Assembly (NCBI GenBank): GCA_964481125.1
Contig: CAYZSL010000003.1
Coordinates: 4,727-68,726, forward strand
Source of the DNA: an uncultured Candidatus Saccharibacteria bacterium
GTDB lineage: Bacteria; Patescibacteriota; Minisyncoccia; Minisyncoccales; RBG-13-42-11
DNA: 64,000 nucleotides
Direction of reading: 5' to 3'
Positions within the stretch are counted from its first letter, which is position 1, and the number at the start of each line of letters is the position of its first letter. Position numbers and translations under genes: made by a program. The notes under the pieces were generated by a model, which saw nothing but the letters and a program-made list of their open reading frames with translations, searched no databases and was not told where the DNA came from. Of the stretch, positions 32,862 to 42,250 are shown piece after piece.

Positions 32862-34433
32862 ATGAATATCGCAATTTATATTCCTTTAGTCAGCGCTATT
32901 TTTGTTTTGTTTTTAGTTCTCTTTATTTTTTTGAAGGGAGAGAAATCCAAATCTCAATTTCTGTTCCTATTAATCTCTTTCTCTTTTATTCTTTGGTTTA
33001 TCGGCACCTTTAAAATGTTCACCTCGGAAACAGACGCTGAAATTATTTTCTGGGATAAAATTAATTATATTACAGCGATTTTTGCACCAATTTTGTTATA
33101 TCACTTTGGATTGGAATTTACTAAACTATACACGAAAAATAAGAAAAAGCTCTTAATTATAGGTTATATTCTGGCTGTTATATTTTTTCTCTTGTTAAGA
33201 ACGAATTATTTTATAGATGATGTTTACAAATATTCTTGGGGAGGTCACGCAAAAGCTGCGATAGCTCATCATCCTTTTGTACTGTATTTTATTTTTTACA
33301 TGTGCCTCTTCTTTTTTATTCTTTATGAAAACTATAAAAGAACAAAAAAAGACCCCCTCAAAAATATCCAAGTGAAATATCTCCTTTGGGGGTTTGTCAT
33401 TTTCTCTCTTGTTGCTTCGCCTGCTTTTCTACCCGCTTATGGAATTAGCATATACCCGTTTGAATACCTCGCGGGCGTTATATTTGTTATTGTCGCTGCT
33501 GTCGGTATCACTAGGCATTTTCTTTTTGGAGTTCGTGTTATTCTGACCGAATTTCTAATTGGAATAATGGGGTTGATGTTATTTATCTTACCTTTTCTAA
33601 TAGAAATTCCTATACTAAAAACAATAACCCTTATCATACTTCTTTTATTCTGTGTTTTTAGTTATCTTTTGATTAGGGCCACTTATCAAGAAATCAAAAG
33701 GAGAAACGAAATAGAAAAATTATATAAAGAATTAGAGAAATTAGATAAAGCAAAATCAGAATTTGTTTCTATTGCTTCACACCAATTGAGAACACCTTTA
33801 ACGGCGGTTAAGGGATATATTTCAATGATGCTAGAGAATGATTACGGAAACCCACCAGAAAAAATGAAGTTACCTTTAAAAAATATTTATACTTCCAATG
33901 AAAGATTGATAAAATTGGTAAATGATCTTCTGAATGTTTCCAGAATTGAAGCCGGAAGACTACAATTTAAAAAAGAAAGTTTCTCTCTGGAAGAAATGAT
34001 AAACAGTATAATTGAAGAATTAAGAAGCTTAGCTGAAAATAAAAATATTTATTTAAAACTTGAAAAGTCAAAAAAGGTACTACCTAATATTTTTGCCGAT
34101 AAAGATAAAATTAGACAAGCAATTATTAATATTATAGATAATGCAATCCATTACACGGAAAAAGGTGGAATAACTGTAAAAATAGAGAATCAAGGCAATA
34201 AATTACGAACCAGTATCACAGACACTGGAGAGGGTATGACAAAAAAAGAACTTTCCTTTCTTTTTGAAAGCTTTTCCAGGGGTAAGGCGGGAACTAAATT
34301 ATGGACAGAGGGAGCTGGACTTGGCCTTTATGTAACTAAAAAATTTATTGAACTAAATAAAGGTAAAGCCTGGGCTGAGTCAAAAGGTAAAAATAAAGGT
34401 TCAACTTTTTATATAGAACTACCAATAAAATAA
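32862..34433 (+). CDS. sensor histidine kinase with a multi-TM N-terminal domain
   Basis: 523 aa. H-box SIASHQLRTPLT. N/G boxes (IDNAIHYT, DTGEGM, GAGLGL). Confidence 0.85.
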   Translation: MNIAIYIPLVSAIFVLFLVLFIFLKGEKSKSQFLFLLISFSFILWFIGTFKMFTSETDAEIIFWDKINYITAIFAPILLYHFGLEFTKLYTKNKKKLLIIGYILAVIFFLLLRTNYFIDDVYKYSWGGHAKAAIAHHPFVLYFIFYMCLFFFILYENYKRTKKDPLKNIQVKYLLWGFVIFSLVASPAFLPAYGISIYPFEYLAGVIFVIVAAVGITRHFLFGVRVILTEFLIGIMGLMLFILPFLIEIPILKTITLIILLLFCVFSYLLIRATYQEIKRRNEIEKLYKELEKLDKAKSEFVSIASHQLRTPLTAVKGYISMMLENDYGNPPEKMKLPLKNIYTSNERLIKLVNDLLNVSRIEAGRLQFKKESFSLEEMINSIIEELRSLAENKNIYLKLEKSKKVLPNIFADKDKIRQAIINIIDNAIHYTEKGGITVKIENQGNKLRTSITDTGEGMTKKELSFLFESFSRGKAGTKLWTEGAGLGLYVTKKFIELNKGKAWAESKGKNKGSTFYIELPIK

Positions 34434-34437
34434 ATCT

Positions 34438-34806
34438 ATGGCTAAAAAAATACTAATTATCGAAGACGAAAAAATATTAAGGGAAATGTACTATGATAAA
34501 TTTGTTCAGGCTGGTTTTGATATTACTTTAGTTGGTTCGGCAGAAGAGGGGATTAAAGTTGTTTTAAAAGTAAAGCCAGATTTAGTTCTCCTTGATATTC
34601 TACTTCCTGAAAAAAATGGAATCAGCTTTTTAACCAAATTAAGGGAAAAACCGGAATTCGATTCTTTGCCGGTAGTTGCTTTTTCCAATTTTGACAGTCC
34701 TGAAACTAAAAAAGCTGCTTTTGAACTGGGTGTAAAAGATTATTTGATTAAAACAAGCTTTACTCCAAAACAAATTATTGAGAAAATCAAAAGCTATCTT
34801 AAATAA
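34438..34806 (+). CDS. single-domain response regulator (receiver only)
   Basis: 122 aa. DE..D..LLDILLP..K pattern. Confidence 0.85.
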   Translation: MAKKILIIEDEKILREMYYDKFVQAGFDITLVGSAEEGIKVVLKVKPDLVLLDILLPEKNGISFLTKLREKPEFDSLPVVAFSNFDSPETKKAAFELGVKDYLIKTSFTPKQIIEKIKSYLK

Positions 34807-34808
34807 TT

Positions 34809-36203
34809 ATGCAAAGAACTTTAAACGCAGAAACAGTAAAATACATCGGCAAAAAAGTTAAGGTTTCAGGCTGGATTAATATCAGAAGAGACCACGGAAA
34901 AATCATTTTTATCGATTTAAGGGATATTTCCGGAATCCTTCAGGCTGTCTTCACTCCTAAAAACAGCGAGATTTACAAAAAAGCCCAAGGCCTGAGACCT
35001 GAATGGGTCATTTCGCTTGAAGGAACCATACAAGAAAGGCCAAAACAAATGGTCAACCCGAAACTGCTAACAGGTCAGATTGAACTTCAGGTTGAAAAAT
35101 TGGAAGTTCTTAGCGAGGCTAAAACCTTGCCTTTTGAGATAGACGATAAAAAAGAAGCTGTTGGAGAAGACGTAAGGATGAAATACCGCTATCTGGATTT
35201 GAGAAGAGAAAAAATGAAGAATAATCTGATTTTAAGGCACAAGGTGATAAACGAGATACGAAGCTTTTTAACTGAAGAAGGGTTTATTGAAGTGGAAACG
35301 CCGATTCTTACCAAATCAACTCCAGAAGGAGCTAGGGATTTCATCGTTCCCAGCAGATTGCACCCTGGCAAATTCTACGCTTTACCCCAATCGCCCCAAC
35401 AGTACAAACAGCTTTTAATGGTGGCCGGCCTTGAAAAATACTTCCAAATTTCCAGATGCTTCAGGGACGAAGACCCAAGATCTGACCGGCAAGCTGAGTT
35501 CACCCAATTGGATCTGGAAATGTCTTTTGTCGAACAGGAAGATATTTTATGTCTCATTGAAAAACTTTATATTGAATTAGTAAAAAAGATTTTTCCGGAA
35601 AAAAAGATTCAAACCATTCCTTTCCCTCGTTTAAACTACAAGGAAGTGATGGAAAAGTATAAATCTGACAAGCCGGACCTGAGAAAAGATAAAAACAATC
35701 CCAATGAGCTTGCTTTTGCTTTTGTAGTCGACTTTCCGATGTTTGAATGGAAAAAAGAAGAAAAAAGATGGGATGCTGTCCATCATCCTTTTACCCGGCC
35801 GCAAACCGAAGATATTAAGGAACTGAAAAAGAATCCGAAAGACGTTCTGGCCCACCAATACGATTTTGTTTTAAACGGATATGAAATCGGCGGCGGCTCT
35901 TTACGTTCTTATAAGCCTGAAATCCTGGAAGCGGTTTTTGAGGTAATGGGGCATGAAAAACAGAATATCAGAAAGAAATTCGGCCATCTCTTGGAAGCTT
36001 TTGAATACGGCGTTCCTCCCCACGGCGGAATTGCTTCAGGTCTAGACAGATTCGTTTCCATATTGTGTAATGAACCCAATATCAGGGAAGTCATCGCTTT
36101 TCCGAAAACAGGGGATAATAGGGACTTGATGATGGATGCGCCTTCTGAAGTTGAAAAAGCCCAACTGAAAGAACTTCACATAGAAATAAAAAAGAAAAAA
36201 TAA
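34809..36203 (+). CDS. aspS: aspartate--tRNA ligase, bacterial type but lacking the GAD insertion domain
   Basis: 464 aa. FYALPQSPQQYKQLLM, RCFRDED. SDKPDLR is followed almost directly by VVDFPMFEW. Confidence 0.9.
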   Translation: MQRTLNAETVKYIGKKVKVSGWINIRRDHGKIIFIDLRDISGILQAVFTPKNSEIYKKAQGLRPEWVISLEGTIQERPKQMVNPKLLTGQIELQVEKLEVLSEAKTLPFEIDDKKEAVGEDVRMKYRYLDLRREKMKNNLILRHKVINEIRSFLTEEGFIEVETPILTKSTPEGARDFIVPSRLHPGKFYALPQSPQQYKQLLMVAGLEKYFQISRCFRDEDPRSDRQAEFTQLDLEMSFVEQEDILCLIEKLYIELVKKIFPEKKIQTIPFPRLNYKEVMEKYKSDKPDLRKDKNNPNELAFAFVVDFPMFEWKKEEKRWDAVHHPFTRPQTEDIKELKKNPKDVLAHQYDFVLNGYEIGGGSLRSYKPEILEAVFEVMGHEKQNIRKKFGHLLEAFEYGVPPHGGIASGLDRFVSILCNEPNIREVIAFPKTGDNRDLMMDAPSEVEKAQLKELHIEIKKKK

Positions 36204-37168
36204 TGTCAAAAAAAACAAAGATATTCTTAACTTCTTTAATATTGAGTTTGCCCATTTTCTGGGGAACGAACGTTTTGGAAAAAAGCCTGAACGATTTTTT
36301 CTTTTGGCACCAGGTGAGCAATAATCCTAAGATTTTTGCCGCGCAAATCGCTTTTGAAGAAAGGTTAATGGAAATGAAGCCTATCAGGAACAAGGCGATA
36401 GCCGTTTTCGAAACAGAAGCAAAGTCAGCAATTTCAGTCTTGGTTGAGAAAGAAAGGGTGTTGTTTGATAAATCACCAGACGAAAAGCTGCCGATTGCCA
36501 GCCTGACCAAGTTAATGACGACTTTGGTCGTTTTGGAAAACTACGACCTGGCAAAAGAAATTACCATTTCCAAAGAAGCTGCCAATCAGAACGGAAGCAT
36601 TCCAAAACTGCAAGAAGGAAAAAGTTTCCCGACAGAATATTTGCTTTATCCTTTATTAATGGAATCAAGCAATATAGCGGCTTTTGCCCTGGCTAACGAT
36701 TATGACGGAATAACAGGAAAAGAGTTTACAGAACTAATGAACAGTAAAGCAAAAGAAATAGGGATGAACGATACTTTTTTTGACAATCCGAGCGGCCTTG
36801 ACCCTGAAGAATCCAGTACGGAAATGAATTATTCAACTACTAACGATCTAGCAAAACTTGTTAAAAGATTACTGGAAAAGCCATTAGTCTGGCAGATACT
36901 TTCTACCCCCCGATATTCTTTGTACGGACCGGAACTGATAAATACCAACAGATTCTTAATGGACGACTCGAATATCTGGCAAAACAGGATAATCGGCGGC
37001 AAAACAGGATATACGGAAAAAGCAGGAGGCTGTTTGCTTATGGTCATGGAATCGCCGAGAGGCCAGGGAACTTTAATCAATATAATCTTGGGCGCCAGGG
37101 GAACTGAAGACAGATTCCAGGAAATGAAAAGACTGGTTGACTGGCTTAACCAAGCATATAAATGGTAA
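36203..37168 (+). CDS. D-alanyl-D-alanine carboxypeptidase (S11, PBP5-like)
   Basis: 321 aa. SLTK (SxxK), SSN, KTGYT motifs. Confidence 0.8.
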   Translation: MSKKTKIFLTSLILSLPIFWGTNVLEKSLNDFFFWHQVSNNPKIFAAQIAFEERLMEMKPIRNKAIAVFETEAKSAISVLVEKERVLFDKSPDEKLPIASLTKLMTTLVVLENYDLAKEITISKEAANQNGSIPKLQEGKSFPTEYLLYPLLMESSNIAAFALANDYDGITGKEFTELMNSKAKEIGMNDTFFDNPSGLDPEESSTEMNYSTTNDLAKLVKRLLEKPLVWQILSTPRYSLYGPELINTNRFLMDDSNIWQNRIIGGKTGYTEKAGGCLLMVMESPRGQGTLINIILGARGTEDRFQEMKRLVDWLNQAYKW

Positions 37169-37172
37169 CCAT

Positions 37173-38240
37173 ATGTATTTGCCTGAAGCAGCCATAGACG
37201 CCATTAAAATATTCACCCTGGGAGCATTCAGCTTTATCGTTGCTTTTTTATTTACTCCTTTTGTAACCAAGCTTTTGTACAAATACAAGCTCTGGAGAAA
37301 AGAAGTAAGGCAGAAAGCGATTGACGGAGGAGATGTAACTGTTTTCCAGAAATTCCACACAGAAGGGGAGACGAATGTTCCAAGGGCAGGAGGCATCTTA
37401 ATCTGGGGCACTGTGGTAATAACCATCTTTTTTTTCTGGTTAGTTTCGCAATTCACTGATATCTGGTGGATAGAGAAGCTTAACTTTCTAAGCAGAAACC
37501 AAACCTGGCTGCCGCTTTTTACTTTGGTAGCTGCTTCTTTATTAGGCCTGACAGACGATATTATGCAGGTTTTCGGCAAAGGCAAATACATTGCCGGAGG
37601 AGTAAGTTTGAAAAAAAGGCTTTTTATTGTCGCTTTAATTGGATTAGCTGGCGCTTTATGGTTTTATTTCAAACTGGACTGGACAACTATCCATGTCCCG
37701 GGACTGGGTAATCTGGAAATTGACGGCTGGTATGTTCCTGTTTTTGTCCTAGTAATGCTGGCTGTTTATTCCGGGGGAGTAATTGACGGATTGGACGGTT
37801 TGGCTGCCGGTTCCTTTGTCTTCATTTTTGCTGCTTTTGCCGGCATTTCCTTGTTTACAGGACAAATTGACATTGCTGCTTTCTGCGCAGTTATTTTGGG
37901 GGCTTTGCTTGCTTTTTTATGGTTCAACATCCCTCCTGCCAGGTTTTATATGGGGGAAACAGGTATGATGGGGCTTTGCGCTGTTCTGACCGTGGTTGCT
38001 TTTTTGACTGACTCTGTTTTTGTTCTGCCGATCATTGCTTTTTTGCTGGTTATGGAATCAGCCTCTGTTATCCTGCAGCTTCTTTCTAAGAAATTCCGGC
38101 ATAAAAAGATCTTTCTGTCTTCGCCCATTCACCATCATTTTGAAGCTAAAGGCTGGCCCCACTACAAGGTAACCATGCGATTCTGGATTATCGGAGTGGT
38201 GGCAGCCATTGTCGGCATGACCATTAGATTATTAGGATAA
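37173..38240 (+). CDS. mraY: phospho-N-acetylmuramoyl-pentapeptide transferase
   Basis: ATG at 37173; the track ORF extends to 37137. Multi-TM. DDxxQ-like LTDDIMQV, VIDGLDGLAAG, HHHFE. Confidence 0.9.
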   Translation: MYLPEAAIDAIKIFTLGAFSFIVAFLFTPFVTKLLYKYKLWRKEVRQKAIDGGDVTVFQKFHTEGETNVPRAGGILIWGTVVITIFFFWLVSQFTDIWWIEKLNFLSRNQTWLPLFTLVAASLLGLTDDIMQVFGKGKYIAGGVSLKKRLFIVALIGLAGALWFYFKLDWTTIHVPGLGNLEIDGWYVPVFVLVMLAVYSGGVIDGLDGLAAGSFVFIFAAFAGISLFTGQIDIAAFCAVILGALLAFLWFNIPPARFYMGETGMMGLCAVLTVVAFLTDSVFVLPIIAFLLVMESASVILQLLSKKFRHKKIFLSSPIHHHFEAKGWPHYKVTMRFWIIGVVAAIVGMTIRLLG

Positions 38241-39485
38241 ATGAAACTCCAACAATTAAGGAAAAAATATCCGAGGTTTGTTTTTGAAAAATATTCCTAC
38301 AGAATCTCTGGAAAGAACTTAGAGGTTTTTTTTAATTTTAAGATTGGACCTGACATATCTTTTCGACCGAAAATTGTTATTAAAAACATTCAGGGAAAAG
38401 TTAATAATTTGGAAAACCTAATTTTTCATTTAGGATTAATGGAAATTCCCACTTATTGGAAAGCGACTTGTTCTCCGGAAGTAATTATTCGGGCTGGATT
38501 CCTGAACAGAGAACAGATCAGCTGGTGGAAAAGCTTGATTATTAAAGGTATGGGGCAGTTCTTTTTTGAAAATAAAATTGACTGGCAATCTAAGAATTTT
38601 TTGAAAATTAAATCTGAGAGCAATAATAAACACAAAGTATTTAACGGAAAATTAAAAAACAGATATCTGGTGCCTTTTTCCGGAGGCAGGGATTCAATCG
38701 TAACGATTGAGCTTTTAAAAAAGAAATTAAAAACAGCTTTGTTCTTGGTAAACCCAAACGAGCAGATTAAAAAAGCGGCCAAGGTAACAAACATTAAAAA
38801 ACAAATCATTGTTCAACGTATTATTGATAAAAAACTTTTAGCTTTAAATAAAAAAGGATATTTGAACGGACACACTCCCTTTACCGCACTTTTGTCGTTT
38901 CTGAGCGTTTTCTGCGCCGTTCTGTTTGATTACAAAAATATTGTTTTCTCAAACGAAAAAAGTGCTAATGAAGGAAATGTAAAGTATTTGGGCAGAATGA
39001 TAAACCACCAGTGGGCGAAAAGTTCTGAATTTGAAATAATGTTTAAGAAATACTGTAAAAAATATTTAGCAAGAAACATAAATTACTCCAGTTTTTTGAG
39101 AAAATATACTGAGTTGGAAATATCCAAAAAGCTAATTAACTTTCCTCAATATTTTCCTGTTTTTTCCAGCTGCAATAACAGTATGCGTATGGGCGCTAAA
39201 CAAGTGAGGTGGTGCGGCAACTGTCCAAAATGTTTATTCGTTTATTTGACCTTGTATCCTTTTTTAAATAAGAAACAATTGCTTTTGATTTTTGGAAAAG
39301 ACATTTTCCAAAATAAAAAATTACTGCCAATTATGAAAGCTTTAATGGGGCAGGGGAGAGCAAAGCCTTTTGAATGTGTAGGTACTAGAAAAGAAAGCTT
39401 AGATGCTTTAAAATTAAGCTTGGAGAAAGCGGGGAAAAACAAAGTTCCTTATCTATTGACAAAAGTGAAAAAAGTGGTATATTAG
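38241..39485 (+). CDS. PP-loop (SGGxDS) ATP pyrophosphatase-superfamily protein of unknown function, embedded in the cell-wall cluster
   Basis: 414 aa. LVPFSGGRDS PP-loop. C-terminal WCGNCPKC Cys motif. Starts 1 nt after the mraY stop. Confidence 0.5.
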   Translation: MKLQQLRKKYPRFVFEKYSYRISGKNLEVFFNFKIGPDISFRPKIVIKNIQGKVNNLENLIFHLGLMEIPTYWKATCSPEVIIRAGFLNREQISWWKSLIIKGMGQFFFENKIDWQSKNFLKIKSESNNKHKVFNGKLKNRYLVPFSGGRDSIVTIELLKKKLKTALFLVNPNEQIKKAAKVTNIKKQIIVQRIIDKKLLALNKKGYLNGHTPFTALLSFLSVFCAVLFDYKNIVFSNEKSANEGNVKYLGRMINHQWAKSSEFEIMFKKYCKKYLARNINYSSFLRKYTELEISKKLINFPQYFPVFSSCNNSMRMGAKQVRWCGNCPKCLFVYLTLYPFLNKKQLLLIFGKDIFQNKKLLPIMKALMGQGRAKPFECVGTRKESLDALKLSLEKAGKNKVPYLLTKVKKVVY

Positions 39486-39506
39486 ACATAAAGGAGGTAA
39501 ATCTTA

Positions 39507-39785
39507 ATGAAAAAGTTAGTAGCACCATTCATAATATTAATATGTGTTTTCCTGGCGCTAGCCGTTTTATTAATTATGGCTGGCATAACATCCCCGACAG
39601 TGGATATAGCAAGTGATAGTGGTTTTATCCCAAATGGGACACCATCATTGACCATAGCGGCAATATTTATCGCAATCGCCATTGGTCTTACTATCGCACT
39701 GATAGTAACCTGCATCCATACCAACCGTGGGAACACTAACCATGGAAACAGAACGGCAATCTGCTCACCTCCTAAAGTTTTTTAG
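39507..39785 (+). CDS. small two-TM membrane protein
   Basis: 92 aa. Strong SD AAGGAGG 8 nt upstream. Preferred over the antisense ORF 39482-39736. Confidence 0.45.
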   Translation: MKKLVAPFIILICVFLALAVLLIMAGITSPTVDIASDSGFIPNGTPSLTIAAIFIAIAIGLTIALIVTCIHTNRGNTNHGNRTAICSPPKVF

Positions 39786-39824
39786 CACTCTAAGGAGAGC
39801 CGCTCGTTTCCTTCCTAAGTTTAT

Positions 39825-39865
39825 GCCCCCTATACACCTATACGGTCGTGTGGGGGGCTTTTTTA
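39825..39865 (+). terminator. rho-independent terminator
   Basis: GCCCCC..GGGGGC stem followed by TTTTTT. Confidence 0.7.
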
Positions 39866-39903
39866 TTCCAAAAAGCTAAAAAATATGGTATTTTTAAGAT
39901 AAT

Positions 39904-41157
39904 ATGGTGTTAAACGAATTTAAAAACAAGCGTATTCTTATTCTCGGTTTTGGCAAAGAGGGGAAAGACGCTTTTTTATTTTTCAGGAAGATGTTTCCAA
40001 ACAAAGTTCTAGGAATAGCAGATAAAAATCAAATCAAAGTTAATGCTAAAAGAATCAAAAAGCATTTCGGAAAAAACTATTTAAAAGCGTTAAAGAAATA
40101 TGATATCGTAATCAAATCACCAGGCATTCCTTTTAAGACACTGCCGAAATCCGAAATTAAGAAAGTTACTACACAAACTGAAATTTTCTTTGATAATTGT
40201 AAGGGCAAGATTGTCGGGGTTACCGGCACCAAAGGAAAAAGTACTACCGCTTCCTTGATTTTCCAGATATTGAAAAAAGCAGGATTAAAAGTCCATTTGG
40301 TCGGTAATATTGGAAAACCGATTCTGAATCTTTTGCCTTCAACTACCGATAAAGATATCTATGTTTACGAGCTTTCCAGCCATCAACTGCATAATCTTAA
40401 AAAATCTCCTCAAGTTGCCGTATTTCTGAATATTTACCCGGAACATTTGGATTATTACCGCAGCTTCAAAGAATATGCTTCAGCCAAAGCAAATATTGCC
40501 CGTTACCAAAAAAAAGAAGATTTCTTGATTTTTAATTCCCAAGACAAAATAATCAAAGCAACCGCTAAAAAATCTAAAGCCAGAAAAATCCCGATTAAGG
40601 GAAAATACTACGAGCTGAATAAGGCTGCAGCTAAAGCAGCGGCTAAGGTTTTCAAGATTAAAGAAAAAATCATTGAAAAAGCGATTAAAGAATTCAAACC
40701 TCTGCCTCATAGATTGGAATTAGTAGGAACTTATAAAGGAATTACTTTTTACAATGACGCTTTAGCCACCATACCCGAAGCAACAATGGCAGCCATGGAT
40801 ACTTTGGGAAAAAGAGTGGAAACGATAATGCTTGGCGGTTTCGACAGAAAGATTGATTTCAAAAAATTAGCTGAAAAAGTTTTGAAAAACGGAGTAAGAA
40901 CAGTTATCCTGTTTCCGACGACAGGACAAAAGATCTGGAAAGAGATTGTGCGACAGGCAAAAAAAGAAAGGCCAAATCATTTTTTCGCAAACAATATGGA
41001 AAGGGCAGTTAAAGTGGCATATCAATATACCGGTGAAAACAATATTTGTCTTCTTTCAACTGCTTCTTCCAGCTTCAGCATTTTCAAAGACTATGAAGAA
41101 AAGGGGAATCTGTTTAAAAAATACGTAAGAAAATATGGTACTGGGGAAAAAACCTAA
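39904..41157 (+). CDS. murD: UDP-N-acetylmuramoylalanine--glutamate ligase
   Basis: 417 aa. ILGFGKEG, GVTGTKGKSTT. Confidence 0.9.
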   Translation: MVLNEFKNKRILILGFGKEGKDAFLFFRKMFPNKVLGIADKNQIKVNAKRIKKHFGKNYLKALKKYDIVIKSPGIPFKTLPKSEIKKVTTQTEIFFDNCKGKIVGVTGTKGKSTTASLIFQILKKAGLKVHLVGNIGKPILNLLPSTTDKDIYVYELSSHQLHNLKKSPQVAVFLNIYPEHLDYYRSFKEYASAKANIARYQKKEDFLIFNSQDKIIKATAKKSKARKIPIKGKYYELNKAAAKAAAKVFKIKEKIIEKAIKEFKPLPHRLELVGTYKGITFYNDALATIPEATMAAMDTLGKRVETIMLGGFDRKIDFKKLAEKVLKNGVRTVILFPTTGQKIWKEIVRQAKKERPNHFFANNMERAVKVAYQYTGENNICLLSTASSSFSIFKDYEEKGNLFKKYVRKYGTGEKT

Positions 41158-42250
41158 CCGTCCCGATTATGCCCTCCTGGGAGCAATAGGATTTTTGCTG
41201 GCTTTCGGCATGGTTATTCTGGCCAGCGTTTCCGCTCCCTACTCCCAGGAGAAATTCGGCAATACTTTCGGCTTTTTGCAGCATCAGATTATTTTCGGCT
41301 TGATTCCGGGATTAATCTTGGCTTTCTTTTTTTACAAAATTAAGCTTTCTCTTTTGAAAAAATGGGTTCCTTTTCTGCTTTTTGGAAGTTTGGCTTTGGT
41401 TATTATGGTTTTCATTCCTGGAATAGGCCTGAAGATCGAAGGAGCAGCCAGATGGCTGAGTTTGGGACCGATAGCTTTCCAACCCTCTGAAATTCTAAAA
41501 CTGACCTTTATCCTTTACTTAGCTGCCTGGCTGGCCAGCAAGGTACCCTCGCAAAACAAAGGTGAAAAGAAAATCAGCCAGACTTTCATTGTTTTTCTCA
41601 TTATCTTTAGCATTGTTGCTTTAGCTCTGGCTTTTCAGCCGGATATCAGCACTTTGGCAGTCATATTCGTTGTCGTTGCCATAATGTATTTTTCCGCCAA
41701 TACTCCTTTTATCCAAAGCGTTTTTACCATGACATTAGGAGTAACTGCTATTTTCATTTTAGCTAAAATAGCTCCTTATCGGGCTAACCGGCTTTTGGTA
41801 TTCTTCAATCCGGAAATAGACCCGATGGGAATAGGCTATCAGTTAAAGCAGTCATTGATTGCCATTGGTTCTGGAGGAATTTCTGGAGCTGGTTTGGGTA
41901 TGGGCATACAGAAGTTCGGATTCATTCCCCAGCCCTTTTCAGATTCGGTTTTTGCTGCTTTTTCCGAAGAAACAGGCTTTATCGGCGGCTTTGTTTTAAT
42001 CCTGCTTTTTTTGATATTTTTGTGGAGAGGGTTTAAAATAGCTAAAGACAGCAAAGACAGGTTTTTGCAGCTAAGCGCCGTAGGTATCACTTCCTGGATT
42101 GTTGTCCAGGCATTCATTAATATCGGAGCAATGATAGGCCTTCTGCCCTTGACCGGAATTCCTTTGCCTTTTATCAGCTATGGAGGCTCAGCTCTGATCA
42201 TGGTTCTGATTGCTTCAGGCATACTGTTAAATATATCTAAAAATACATGA
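41135..42250 (+). CDS. ftsW: FtsW/RodA/SpoVE family lipid II flippase / glycosyltransferase
   Basis: 371 aa, about 10 TM. QPSE, LPLTGIPLPFISYGGS. Confidence 0.85.
   Translation: MVLGKKPNRPDYALLGAIGFLLAFGMVILASVSAPYSQEKFGNTFGFLQHQIIFGLIPGLILAFFFYKIKLSLLKKWVPFLLFGSLALVIMVFIPGIGLKIEGAARWLSLGPIAFQPSEILKLTFILYLAAWLASKVPSQNKGEKKISQTFIVFLIIFSIVALALAFQPDISTLAVIFVVVAIMYFSANTPFIQSVFTMTLGVTAIFILAKIAPYRANRLLVFFNPEIDPMGIGYQLKQSLIAIGSGGISGAGLGMGIQKFGFIPQPFSDSVFAAFSEETGFIGGFVLILLFLIFLWRGFKIAKDSKDRFLQLSAVGITSWIVVQAFINIGAMIGLLPLTGIPLPFISYGGSALIMVLIASGILLNISKNT

Noticed and set aside
37073-37591. 172-aa minus-strand ORF, and similar antisense ORFs at 42381-42941, 36091-36510 and 9188-9565
   Set aside because: They are antisense to mraY, murG, the DD-carboxypeptidase gene and the adhesin gene. 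They have no motifs and no SD.
39482-39736. 84-aa minus-strand ORF
   Set aside because: It overlaps the plus-strand 92-aa ORF, which has a perfect AAGGAGG SD and its own terminator. The minus ORF has neither.
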